A stretch of 64,000 bases of DNA from positions 32,001 through 96,000 of the forward strand of contig JAYTOU010000037.1 in assembly GCA_043747615.1 (NCBI GenBank), in the 5' to 3' direction. Under the pieces are notes generated by a model that was given only the letters and a program-made list of their open reading frames with translations, ran no database searches and was not told where the DNA came from. Shown here in pieces: positions 46,389 to 55,534 of this stretch. Positions within the stretch are counted from its first letter, which is position 1. Each line of letters begins with the position of its first letter. Both the position numbers and the translations under genes were made by a program. This stretch comes from Myxococcales bacterium. Its GTDB lineage: Bacteria > Myxococcota_A > Polyangia > Polyangiales > Polyangiaceae.

Positions 46389-48148
46389 CGCTCGAGCCCG
46401 GCGATCCGGAATCCGCGGGACGGACCGAGATCATAGAAGTGAATTCTCACCGGACTCTCCGCTTGACCGTTCGCGATGTCGACGAAGAGGTAACGTGAGG
46501 GTGCACCGTCTTGGTCGCCTCCGTCCTGAGCCACGTGGGGGAGCGAAAAGCAGACCCGCCCTTCGTCCGCGACGGCCGGCATGAGCTGAAGACGCGGCGC
46601 GAGCTCTTCACCGGCATAGAGCTTTGCCGAGTAGGCGAACTGCGAGTCGGGAAAGGTCTTCGTCTTGCGCGCGAGATCCACTCCGCAGAGCGTGGTCTGG
46701 GCGCCTTCCGTTGCCACTTTGAAGTCGGTCATCGGAGAGAGCTTCTTGAAGTAGCGCTCGAGGATCCGCCGCTGACGAACGAGGAGATGACCGACGATGA
46801 AGGGCGTGTGCCGAGGATCGGTGTAGTCGCCGACCTTCACCGCCGCGAGGACGTCCTCCGGGGTGAAGCGGGCGATGAGCCGCGTGGCCCACGCCGCGTC
46901 GTGCTCGCTCATGTTCGCGAAGGTCGGATTCGGATAGCCGCCGCGCCATGTGGTCGGGTCGAAATCCGCGGATTCGAAGAAGCCGAAAATCGCGCCGTCC
47001 GGCGAGCGTTGGGCATGATCCCAGTGACGCTCGGGAATGCCGAGGGTCAGGAAATCCTCGAGGATGTAGGGGATATCGAAATAGTAGGAGTAGCTGAGGC
47101 GCTTCGACATCCCCTCCCAGTCCCACTCGCTTCCGAAGCAGTCTCCGAGGTCGATGATCCAGTGGCGGAAGTGCCCGGGGGTGCTGTCGGGATCCTTGGC
47201 GTTCGCCGACATCCAGGTAGTCATCGTGTTCTGCTCGCGCGAGTCGAAGTGCGAGGTCCACGCCGCAAAGAGCTTGGCTCCGCGCAGATCGCGGCGGTGC
47301 TCGTGGGCAATGACGTCGGATGGATCGTCTTTGCGCATGCCGGCATACGTGAATGGACCAACGGTGCGACCGGGGAGCCAGCGCGAGGCCACCATGCGCA
47401 CGAGCGCTCCGCGATGCGACGCTCCAGCGAGGAGCTTCTTCAACGCCGCCTCGTCGAAAGGCTTCGATGCCCCGGAGTTGTCGGTCACCGTGAGCCCAGG
47501 TTTCAGCTTGAGGACCGCGGGGTCGAAGTACACGACCGAGTCGCACGGCGCCCAATAGCCCGCCGCGTAATAGATGCGAGAGGCGATCGACGTGGCCCCC
47601 GTGGCCCGCTCGGGCTGCTCCTTCGGATCGGATTTGAGCATGAATTTCCCGACTCCCGGGATGTTCACGCGAAAGCCAGGGTTGGCGCCGTTCGCCTTTC
47701 CTTGATCGATGATCCATGTGCCCTCGCCGGACTTCGGGTCGAGGAGGTCGGTGCCGCAGTAGCCCGAGGCGACGTCTGCGGCCGTGTAGTTGCCCCGACC
47801 GATGCGGTTCACGAACCAGCTGGAGTCGGCGACCTCGTCCATGCTGTTCACGTTCAGAGCTTCGCCCGCAGGGTCGACGGCGAAGAAGCGGACCATGGGG
47901 CGGAGCACGATGTTGTCCGCGCCGTCGAGCGAGAACGACGACACGTACTCCTCGGGCGTGCACACCTCGTGATTCGGTTTGTCCTTCGAGGGCTTGGGAT
48001 CGGCGTGGCAGCTCATGGCCACTGGATCGAGATCCGTGTCTCGCCAGAGCGGCTCGCGCAGAGGAAAACGCCGCACCGCACCGCTGCTGCATCCGCCGAG
48101 GAGCGCGAGGATCATTCCCCCTATAAAAATACGCTTCTCAGAAGCCAT
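46385..48148 (-). CDS. Lipoprotein with protein-kinase-like (PI3K/HipA/CotH-type) catalytic motifs
   Basis: Lipobox LGGC; GKANGANPG loop, FMLK (beta-3 Lys), PE (alphaC Glu), HFDSREQN (DxxxxN), IIDLG. Confidence 0.7.
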   Translation of the reverse strand: MASEKRIFIGGMILALLGGCSSGAVRRFPLREPLWRDTDLDPVAMSCHADPKPSKDKPNHEVCTPEEYVSSFSLDGADNIVLRPMVRFFAVDPAGEALNVNSMDEVADSSWFVNRIGRGNYTAADVASGYCGTDLLDPKSGEGTWIIDQGKANGANPGFRVNIPGVGKFMLKSDPKEQPERATGATSIASRIYYAAGYWAPCDSVVYFDPAVLKLKPGLTVTDNSGASKPFDEAALKKLLAGASHRGALVRMVASRWLPGRTVGPFTYAGMRKDDPSDVIAHEHRRDLRGAKLFAAWTSHFDSREQNTMTTWMSANAKDPDSTPGHFRHWIIDLGDCFGSEWDWEGMSKRLSYSYYFDIPYILEDFLTLGIPERHWDHAQRSPDGAIFGFFESADFDPTTWRGGYPNPTFANMSEHDAAWATRLIARFTPEDVLAAVKVGDYTDPRHTPFIVGHLLVRQRRILERYFKKLSPMTDFKVATEGAQTTLCGVDLARKTKTFPDSQFAYSAKLYAGEELAPRLQLMPAVADEGRVCFSLPHVAQDGGDQDGAPSRYLFVDIANGQAESPVRIHFYDLGPSRGFRIAGLER

Positions 48149-49517
48149 GGGTTGCTCCGATCGCGAGGCGGAACGAATCGACCTTTGCGCCGTCTTTGAA
48201 CGTCTCGGTACCGACCCCGACGAGAACCTCGAGCTGGTTGTCCGGTGACGTGTTCGTGCGAAGTCCGATGCCGGAAGAGATGCGGAGGAGGCTCGGTTTG
48301 AAGTCTTGGAGCCCTGCCCCGAAGACGTTCCCTGCCGCCACGTGCATCGTGCCGTCGAGCCAGATCCAGATGGGCCACTGGTACTGGAGCGTGGTGATGA
48401 AGGCGCTGCGATCCACGAGACGCCCAATGAGGTAGCCGCGCATGTAGTCGGGGCCGCCGAGGTTGACCTGCTCTGTGAAGGGGATCTGGCTGCCTTGGCC
48501 GGTGATCGGATCAGCGAAGAGCGTCGTCACGTGAAGACTGAGGACGCGGTTGTGGCCCGTGATGTCGACGAAGCCAGCGGCGGTGCCGCCGTATTTCGCC
48601 CACGAATTTCCGGGCGATCGGCGCATGTTGAAGGCCGGCTCACCAAACGCGGCGAGGCGGATTCCGTTCTGCGGGGCCGGGCGCACGGCGCGCGTGTCGT
48701 ACGTGAGCTGCATCTTCTCGTAAGCGATCGTGTAGCCGTCCACGAACCCGGGCGGGAGCGAAGCGAGGGTCCCGTCGGCGACGCGATCGACAATCCGGGG
48801 ATCCTGGCAGCACGCGTCGTTGCCGAAGGTGGTGCTTCGCACGCCGAGCGCCGTGTGAAAGTGAAGAGCGTTGGTGACTTGGTGATCGAGGTAGGTTGAG
48901 GCGCCGAGGGTGTCGGCGGAGAAACGGGCGCGATTCATGTTCAGCGAGCGCGGGCCCATCCCGTAGAAGAACCAGTCTTGCCGGCGCGAGCCGTCTACCC
49001 GAAAGGAGAGCGTCGACGTGGTGCTCAGCTTGATGCTGTCGGTGACGCTCGCCTTCAACCAGTCCTGCCCCCACGTACCGGCGTGAACGCGGAGGTTATT
49101 TTTCTTGGCGAGGAAGTCGTCCCAGAAAAAGTAGAAGCCGACGCTCGGCTTGAATCCGAAATCGATGAACGCCGTGGGGACGATCCCGACCTTGTGATCC
49201 CGATCGAAGGTGAACCAGTCGGCAAGCTTGTCGGTGAGCTTCGCGTTCTCCACGCCGAGAATGACCCCGCTGAGAGGCTTGCGGATCAAGTACTCGCTCG
49301 TCACGTAGAACGGCGCGGCGACGACGCGAGGAACCCAGATCAGCACGTCTCCCGCGGTGGTCGGCTTCGGACCGCGGCCGTCGTAGTCGGGCACCGCGCG
49401 CTTCGGCGTCAGCGGCGTGTCGTCAGCACGAGCGACGGCGGACGACGCAAGCGACGCGACGACAGCGACGACGATCGCGAGCCGGGAGTGAGCGCGGGTG
49501 GTCAGGGAGTGCGCCAC
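48138..49517 (-). CDS. Omp85 (BamA/TamA-like) surface-antigen beta-barrel without obvious POTRA domains
   Basis: Signal peptide; YDTR..P..G, LGG..MRGY..GRLVD (VRGF/Y-like), QYQWPI, SGIGLR, terminal Phe. Confidence 0.82.
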   Translation of the reverse strand: MAHSLTTRAHSRLAIVVAVVASLASSAVARADDTPLTPKRAVPDYDGRGPKPTTAGDVLIWVPRVVAAPFYVTSEYLIRKPLSGVILGVENAKLTDKLADWFTFDRDHKVGIVPTAFIDFGFKPSVGFYFFWDDFLAKKNNLRVHAGTWGQDWLKASVTDSIKLSTTSTLSFRVDGSRRQDWFFYGMGPRSLNMNRARFSADTLGASTYLDHQVTNALHFHTALGVRSTTFGNDACCQDPRIVDRVADGTLASLPPGFVDGYTIAYEKMQLTYDTRAVRPAPQNGIRLAAFGEPAFNMRRSPGNSWAKYGGTAAGFVDITGHNRVLSLHVTTLFADPITGQGSQIPFTEQVNLGGPDYMRGYLIGRLVDRSAFITTLQYQWPIWIWLDGTMHVAAGNVFGAGLQDFKPSLLRISSGIGLRTNTSPDNQLEVLVGVGTETFKDGAKVDSFRLAIGATHGF

Positions 49518-51088
49518 GCGTAACCATCTTCTGCGAGAAGGCCGTCCGCCTCACGCGGTCCCCAGGTTCCCGCCGCATACGTGGCGATGGTGGCCTTACG
49601 GTCTTGTTCCCAGTGCTCGAGGAGCGGATCGATGACCCGCCAGGCGGCCTCGACCTCGTCGCTGCGTGTGAAGAGCGTGGCGTCTCCGATCATGCAGTCG
49701 AGAAGGAGGGTTTCGTACGCGGGGTGAACTTCGCTCCCGAAGGCATCGGCGTAGGAGAAGTTCATCTCCACCGGCGTGATCTCGATTCCGGGGGTGAGGG
49801 CCATGGCCGCGCCGGGAATTTTCACCTCGAAGCCGAGCGACACGCCGTCGTCGGGTTGAATGCGAAGAACGAGAACGTTCGGCACGAGCTTGTCGTCGAC
49901 GTGCGGTTCGTACATGAGCCTCTGCGGCAGCTTGAACTGGATGGCGACCTCGGAGACCCTCTTTTTCAAGTGTTTTCCTGAGCGGAGATAAAAAGGAACG
50001 CCGCGCCAGCGGTCCGTGTCGACCATCAGCCGCATCGCTGCGTAGGTGGGCGTGTTGGAGGCTGCGTCCACTCCCGGCTCCTCGCGGTAGCCGATGCATC
50101 CTCGTCCGCCGATCTCACCGGCGGTGTACTGGGCTCGCACAGCGGAGGCCGCGCCGTCCACGACGAGCGGCTCGATCGCGCGGAGGATGCGCACCTTCTC
50201 GTCGCGAATGGCGTCTGCCGTGGGAGCCACCGGGGGATCCATGGCCGTCAACGCGAGGAGCTGGAGAAGATGGTTTTGGAACATGTCTCGCACGACGCCT
50301 GCATGCTCGTAGTACCCGCCGCGCCCTTCGAGCCCCACGGTCTCGGCCGCGGTGATCTGGACGTGCGCGATGTGCTCGCGATTCCACAAGGCCTCGAAGA
50401 TCGAGTTGGCGGAGCGGAAGACGAGCACGTTCTGCACCGTCTCTTTTCCGACGTAGTGATCGATACGATAAACTTGGTGCTCCGCGAACGTGTCGAGCAC
50501 GACCTTGTTGAGGACCTGCGCTGTCGGCAGGCTCGTGCCGAAGGGCTTCTCGACGACGATCCTGCGCCACGGCCGGCGGGCGACGTCGGTGATCCGCGGG
50601 GCGACCCCGCTCTCGGCGAGGTGCTTCACGATCGGCGCGAAAATGCTCGGCGGGACGGCGAGGTACATCAGGCGGTTGCGAGTCCCCTCCGCGAGCGGCG
50701 CCTCGAACCCGGCAAGACGCCGGGCGACCTCGGCGTAGACGGTGGGCTCGGTGAGATTTCCGCTCACCCAGTGCAGACGATCGGTGAGACCGGCCCACAC
50801 GGTTTCGTCGAAGTTTTTTACGTCATCGGCTTTTTCGAGGGCGTCGCGCATCATGGTGCGGAAGGACACGTCGTCGAGCGTTTCCATGCCCACGCCGATG
50901 ATCCGAAAATCCGCGGCGAGGAGCTTCTTGTGGGCGATCTGGTAAATCGCGGGCAGCAGCTTGCGCCGGGAGAGGTCACCTGCCGCGCCGAAGATGACGA
51001 GCGTGCAAGGGTCTCCGTGCATCATCGCGGCCGTCTCTACGGGCGGGTTGGGCGGACGGATCGTGGCGATCTTTACGGGTTCGCTCAT
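49502..51088 (-). CDS. zwf: Glucose-6-phosphate 1-dehydrogenase
   Basis: IFGAAGDLSRRKL, EKPFG, RIDHYVGKE, RDMFQNHLLQ, RWRGVPFYLRSGK. Confidence 0.97.
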   Translation of the reverse strand: MSEPVKIATIRPPNPPVETAAMMHGDPCTLVIFGAAGDLSRRKLLPAIYQIAHKKLLAADFRIIGVGMETLDDVSFRTMMRDALEKADDVKNFDETVWAGLTDRLHWVSGNLTEPTVYAEVARRLAGFEAPLAEGTRNRLMYLAVPPSIFAPIVKHLAESGVAPRITDVARRPWRRIVVEKPFGTSLPTAQVLNKVVLDTFAEHQVYRIDHYVGKETVQNVLVFRSANSIFEALWNREHIAHVQITAAETVGLEGRGGYYEHAGVVRDMFQNHLLQLLALTAMDPPVAPTADAIRDEKVRILRAIEPLVVDGAASAVRAQYTAGEIGGRGCIGYREEPGVDAASNTPTYAAMRLMVDTDRWRGVPFYLRSGKHLKKRVSEVAIQFKLPQRLMYEPHVDDKLVPNVLVLRIQPDDGVSLGFEVKIPGAAMALTPGIEITPVEMNFSYADAFGSEVHPAYETLLLDCMIGDATLFTRSDEVEAAWRVIDPLLEHWEQDRKATIATYAAGTWGPREADGLLAEDGYAWRTP

Positions 51089-51345
51089 AGTGGCTTGGGC
51101 ATGATACCCAGAGTTCAAGAGCTTTCTCGGAACGTTTTGTATTCCCTCCGCGCGGGCTCGAACCGGACGCATTGGGCAAGTAAGAACAAGAAGTTGATGC
51201 TGGCGACACGGATCCGGTGTCGAGGCCGCGTCAGCCCTAAAGGCCCCGAGGCTTGCTAGGTCGATTACGACGATGATACGCGCCGCCAGCGGCAAAGACG
51301 CCGATCGACGTCGTGAGCTTGGGTAGCTATAACTAAGGTCCAACG

Positions 51346-51969
51346 ATGTCGGAACCGCGCTTCCTGATCGTCGAAGATGACGAGGCCGTCGCGCGCAGCC
51401 TTGCGCGGTGGGTCAATCCGATTGGTCCCGTCGAATGCGTGGGTACGGTCGCCGACGGATGCGCGGCGCTGGCTTCGAAGGACTGGGCCGGGCTTATCAT
51501 CGATCTTACCTTGCCGGACGGCTCCGGATTCGAGGTTCTCGCGTACGCGAGGGCTCGCAATCAGGCAATCCCCGCGCTGATCCTCACCGGTCATCTCAAT
51601 CGCGATTTCGCGAATCGAAGCTTCGACCTCGGCGCGGGCTACGTCGTCAAGCCGATCGAGAAAGCGCAGCTCCAGGCCTTCGCGCGGCACGGACGATTGT
51701 CCTCCCCTGAACCGGGTCGGAGCCTCAATTGCGGCGCCGGGCTGGTCATCGAAGAGTGGGGAGTGCGTCACGGCCTCACCGCCATCGAGAAGGACATCTT
51801 GGCGCAAGGCGTTCGGGGATCGACCCGGGCCGAGATCGCAGCGATGCGCGGCACCACGGAGTCGACCGTCAAGAGCCAGATCGCCAGTCTCAAGAAAAAA
51901 ACGAATGATCAGACGCTCCGCCACGCCGTCGTGCGGGTTCTCCGCGAGGCCGTCCAGCGCGAGCGCTGA
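51346..51969 (+). CDS. Response regulator with LuxR-type HTH
   Basis: LIVEDD, IDLTLPDGSG, LTG, KP; GLTAIE..EIA..ESTVKSQI. Confidence 0.9.
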   Translation: MSEPRFLIVEDDEAVARSLARWVNPIGPVECVGTVADGCAALASKDWAGLIIDLTLPDGSGFEVLAYARARNQAIPALILTGHLNRDFANRSFDLGAGYVVKPIEKAQLQAFARHGRLSSPEPGRSLNCGAGLVIEEWGVRHGLTAIEKDILAQGVRGSTRAEIAAMRGTTESTVKSQIASLKKKTNDQTLRHAVVRVLREAVQRER

Positions 51970-51989
51970 CCGTCTATAGTCTGCGGGAG

Positions 51990-53279
51990 ATGAAGGCAAA
52001 GACCCTGGCGCAACGGGTTGGGGTCGGCGGCGCCGTCGGCGTGGTCTGCGGCGTGGCGTCCGCTCTCTTTCTCGCGGCCCTGGAGCGCGCCACCGACTTT
52101 CGGAATGTGCACGAAGAGATCGTCTACTGCCTCCCCCTTGCCGGGATCATCATCGGCCTCGCCTACGAACGCTGGGGCAAAGCAATCAGCGGCGGCAACA
52201 ACCTCGTTCTCGATTCGATGCACGCAGCCGGCGCGGCGGGCGAGCGCGTCGACGGCTCCGCGCAGCTCCCGATTCGCATGGCGCCGATGGTGCTCGTCGG
52301 CACGGTTCTCACTCACCTCTTTGGTGGAAGCGCCGGTCGCGAAGGTACCGCCGTCCAGATGGGAGCGAGCCTCGCCGACGAGATCTCGCATCGCCTGAGG
52401 GTGAGCAAGGAAACGCGGCGTCAGCTCCTCGCGGCAGGCATCGCCGGCGGCTTCGGGTCCGTCTTCGGGACGCCGGTGGCGGGTGCGATCTTTGGCCTGG
52501 AGGTCGCTTGCATCGGACACGTGGAGTATCGCGCGCTCCTCCCGGCGCTCGTCGCGTCGGTGGTCGGCGACTATGTGACCCGGCACCTCGGCGTCGTTCA
52601 CACCGCCTACCCCGCATCTCCGTATGTCGCGCTCACGGTGAGCGTCTTCGCCAAGCTTTGCATCATCGCGCTCGCCATGGCGCTCGCCGCTGTCGCCTTC
52701 ATCGAGCTGACGCGCGGCTTGAAGCGTTTTCTCGAGCGCCGCATCAAACGTCTTCCACTCCGGATGTTCGCCGGAGGCCTCACCGTCGTGATCATGTGGA
52801 AGCTCCTCGGAACGAGCGACTATCTCGGCCTCGGCGTTCCCATGATCCTTCGCGCCTTTTCGGATCCGAGTCTCCCCGCGTACGCCTTCGCCGCCAAGCT
52901 CGTGCTCACCGCGGTCACCTTGGCGAGCGGGTTCGTCGGGGGCGAGGTGACGCCCCTCTTTTTCATTGGAGCCACGTTGGGAAGCGTCGTTGCCCGCTCG
53001 CTCGGCCTCCCCATCGCCCTCGGTGCCAGCGTGGGGCTCGCCGCCGTTTTTGGCGCGGCCGCGAACACGCCGATTGCCCTGTCCATCATGGCTGTCGAGC
53101 TCTTCGGAGGCTTCGTGTTTCCTCACGTGGTGATCGTTTCAGCGCTCGCCTACCTACTGTCAGGGCACCGCGGCATCTACTCCTCGCAGCGCATCGCCCG
53201 CAGAAAGCACGGAGGCAAGCCATTCGACAAAACGATCACCTTGGCCGAGCACGAAGCGCGCTCCCGAGAACCACGATGA
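51990..53279 (+). CDS. eriC: CLC-family anion transporter, fluoride-exporter (CLC-F) type
   Basis: GNNL, GREGT and GEVTP signature motifs; no CBS domains. Confidence 0.88.
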   Translation: MKAKTLAQRVGVGGAVGVVCGVASALFLAALERATDFRNVHEEIVYCLPLAGIIIGLAYERWGKAISGGNNLVLDSMHAAGAAGERVDGSAQLPIRMAPMVLVGTVLTHLFGGSAGREGTAVQMGASLADEISHRLRVSKETRRQLLAAGIAGGFGSVFGTPVAGAIFGLEVACIGHVEYRALLPALVASVVGDYVTRHLGVVHTAYPASPYVALTVSVFAKLCIIALAMALAAVAFIELTRGLKRFLERRIKRLPLRMFAGGLTVVIMWKLLGTSDYLGLGVPMILRAFSDPSLPAYAFAAKLVLTAVTLASGFVGGEVTPLFFIGATLGSVVARSLGLPIALGASVGLAAVFGAAANTPIALSIMAVELFGGFVFPHVVIVSALAYLLSGHRGIYSSQRIARRKHGGKPFDKTITLAEHEARSREPR

Positions 53280-53310
53280 CCAGCGCCGTTTCCCGCTTAT
53301 CATGCTCGCC

Positions 53311-54531
53311 ATGCGCCTGCTGATCGCCGACAAATTTCCAGAGCCGTACGTAGCTGCCTTCGGAGCCCTCGGCCTTCGCGTCGACTACCAGCCCGATCTG
53401 AGCGCGGAGGCGCTTGCCGCCGCCACGACCGACGCCCAAGTCCTGGTCGTCCGCAGCACGAAGGTGACGCGCCGAACGATCGAGAAGGCGAAGAAGCTCG
53501 AGCTCATCATTCGTGCCGGGGCAGGCTACGACACCATCGACGTCGAGGCGGCGAGCGAGCGCGGCATCTACGTCGCCAACTGTCCTGGCAAGAACAGCAT
53601 CGCCGTCGCCGAGCTGGCCATGGGTCTCATGCTCGCGCTCGACCGCCGGATCGTAAAAAACAGCGTCGATCTAAGGGCCGGAAAGTGGAACAAGAAAGAG
53701 TACAGTAAGGCCGACGGTCTCAAGGGAAAGACGATCGGCATCTGCGGAATGGGAGCCATTGGACAGGCCGTCGCCAAGCGCGCCCAAGCCTTCGAGATGC
53801 GGGTGATCACCTGGACGGACATGCTTGGCGCAGAGGGGGCAGCGGATCTCGGCGTCAGTCTCTGCGACAGCCACTTGGATCTCGCGGCGCAGGCAGACAT
53901 CGTGAGCGTGCATCTCCCCCAGACCGTGCACACGAAGAAGCTCTTCGGGGCCGAATTTTTCGCGCGGATGAAGAACGACGCCATCTTCATCAACACGAGC
54001 CGCGGCGGCCTCCACGACGAAAAGGCGCTCCTCGCAGCGATGAAGGAGAAGGGCCTGCGCGTCGGACTCGATGTATTCGAGTCGGAGCCCGAGGAAGCGA
54101 CGGCCGATTTCGTGGCCGAGATTTGCAACCAGCCCGGCTTCATCGGGACCCATCACATTGGCGCCTCCACCGAGCAGGCCCAGAACGCCATCGCCGCCGA
54201 GAGCGTGCGCTTATGTCGAGAGTTCGTGAGCACCGGGCAGCTCGCGAGCGCGGTGAACATCCAGCGCCACTCCGTCGCCAACGTGCAGCTCGTCGTGCGG
54301 CATTACGACAAAGTTGGGGTGCTCGCCGCCGTGCTCGGCGTCATCCGGAACCACGGAGTGAACATCGAGGAGATGACGAACACGATCTTCGCCGGAGCGA
54401 AGGCGGCCGTCGCCGTGCTCAGACTGTCGGGCACGCCGACCGCCACGCTGATCGAGGAGATCGCCAAGCTCGAAGGCCAGGTCATTCAGGTGGAAGCGAA
54501 AGACCCCTCTGCGATGACGGCGGGCACATGA
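53311..54531 (+). CDS. serA: D-3-phosphoglycerate dehydrogenase-like with C-terminal ACT domain
   Basis: VVRST, RAGAGYDTID, AVAEL, GMGAIG, INTSRG, LDVF..EP, HIGASTEQAQ, H.DKVGVLA. Confidence 0.8.
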   Translation: MRLLIADKFPEPYVAAFGALGLRVDYQPDLSAEALAAATTDAQVLVVRSTKVTRRTIEKAKKLELIIRAGAGYDTIDVEAASERGIYVANCPGKNSIAVAELAMGLMLALDRRIVKNSVDLRAGKWNKKEYSKADGLKGKTIGICGMGAIGQAVAKRAQAFEMRVITWTDMLGAEGAADLGVSLCDSHLDLAAQADIVSVHLPQTVHTKKLFGAEFFARMKNDAIFINTSRGGLHDEKALLAAMKEKGLRVGLDVFESEPEEATADFVAEICNQPGFIGTHHIGASTEQAQNAIAAESVRLCREFVSTGQLASAVNIQRHSVANVQLVVRHYDKVGVLAAVLGVIRNHGVNIEEMTNTIFAGAKAAVAVLRLSGTPTATLIEEIAKLEGQVIQVEAKDPSAMTAGT

Positions 54532-54561
54532 CGATCATAGGCACGGTGCTAGGCTCGGCGC

Positions 54562-54780
54562 ATGCACGAAGCCGATGACCTCGTCACCGTCATGAAGTTC
54601 CCGAGCCCGGTCGACGCCGAGATCGCCAAAAGCCGCCTCGAGAGCGAAGGGATCCCCGCGTTTCTCGGCAACGAGATCGCGTCGGGCCTGATGCCGTTCC
54701 TCAGCTCGGGCCTCGGCGGCGTCTCGCTGCAAGTCGCTCAGCACGACGTCGAGCGCGCAAAGGAAATTCTCGCCCTCTGA
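54562..54780 (+). CDS. DUF2007-like small protein
   Basis: AEIAKSRLESEGI..GGVSLQV..DVERAKEIL. Confidence 0.8.
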   Translation: MHEADDLVTVMKFPSPVDAEIAKSRLESEGIPAFLGNEIASGLMPFLSSGLGGVSLQVAQHDVERAKEILAL

Positions 54781-54928
54781 GTCGCGGCTGCGATGATCTC
54801 GGAGCCAAGGCCCTGGAAGGCAGTCGATGTCGTCGCGTCTCACCTGGTCACCTGCGTTGCCACCTAAATTCCGGCGGCGTCGTCGCGGGATCGTCGTATC
54901 CTTTACGAGGGGGTCGTAGGGGCGAAGG

Positions 54929-55534
54929 ATGGAATACACACTCGGATATTCTCTTCGCCCGGGCAGATCGGCCGACGCACGTTCCGTCCGCAAGATATTT
55001 CTCGCCGCCCTCGCTGAGCACGGATTCGCGCGCTCGGAGGCGAACGTCAATGCGGAGATCCCGACGTTCGGGCTGGGTGATCCGAAAAGAGTCGACCTCG
55101 TCGTTGCCTACGGCGGGCGGGTAGTGGGCTTCGCCATCGTCCTTCCCATGGCGGCACGCACGGGCGAGCTGGCGAAGCTCTTCGTAGCACCTTCGCATCG
55201 CGTCCGCGGAGTTGCGACCATGCTCTTGAACGCAGCCATCAACTCTGCGAGGGCGCGGGGATACGGCACTCTGTTTCTCGAAACGCGCATCGAGTTCGAG
55301 CGCGCGCTTCGTTTCTACGAGAGCCGTGGCTGGGTCTCCGATCCGGTGACTGCGGGATCGCCGCTGAGGACGTATCAGCTCGAGCTCGTGGATGCTTGGT
55401 CGCGCTCGTTGGCTGCCGCGCCCGTCGCCGCTCACTCCAGTTTTTGGACGGCAGTCTTGCCGACCTTGCTCGACTTCTTACGCAGGGCTACCCAGGTCGA
55501 AGAGCGCTTGAGCCGGAAAATCAAGACGCTCTGA
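54929..55534 (+). CDS. GNAT-family N-acetyltransferase
   Basis: VVGF, ELAKLFVAPSHRVRGVA, LFLET, ALRFYESRGW. Confidence 0.85.
   Translation: MEYTLGYSLRPGRSADARSVRKIFLAALAEHGFARSEANVNAEIPTFGLGDPKRVDLVVAYGGRVVGFAIVLPMAARTGELAKLFVAPSHRVRGVATMLLNAAINSARARGYGTLFLETRIEFERALRFYESRGWVSDPVTAGSPLRTYQLELVDAWSRSLAAAPVAAHSSFWTAVLPTLLDFLRRATQVEERLSRKIKTL

Noticed and set aside
51250..51345. Possible fluoride riboswitch upstream of the regulator/CLC-F genes
   Set aside because: Only a loose GACGATG..GCC resemblance; the conserved pairing and downstream motif were not found
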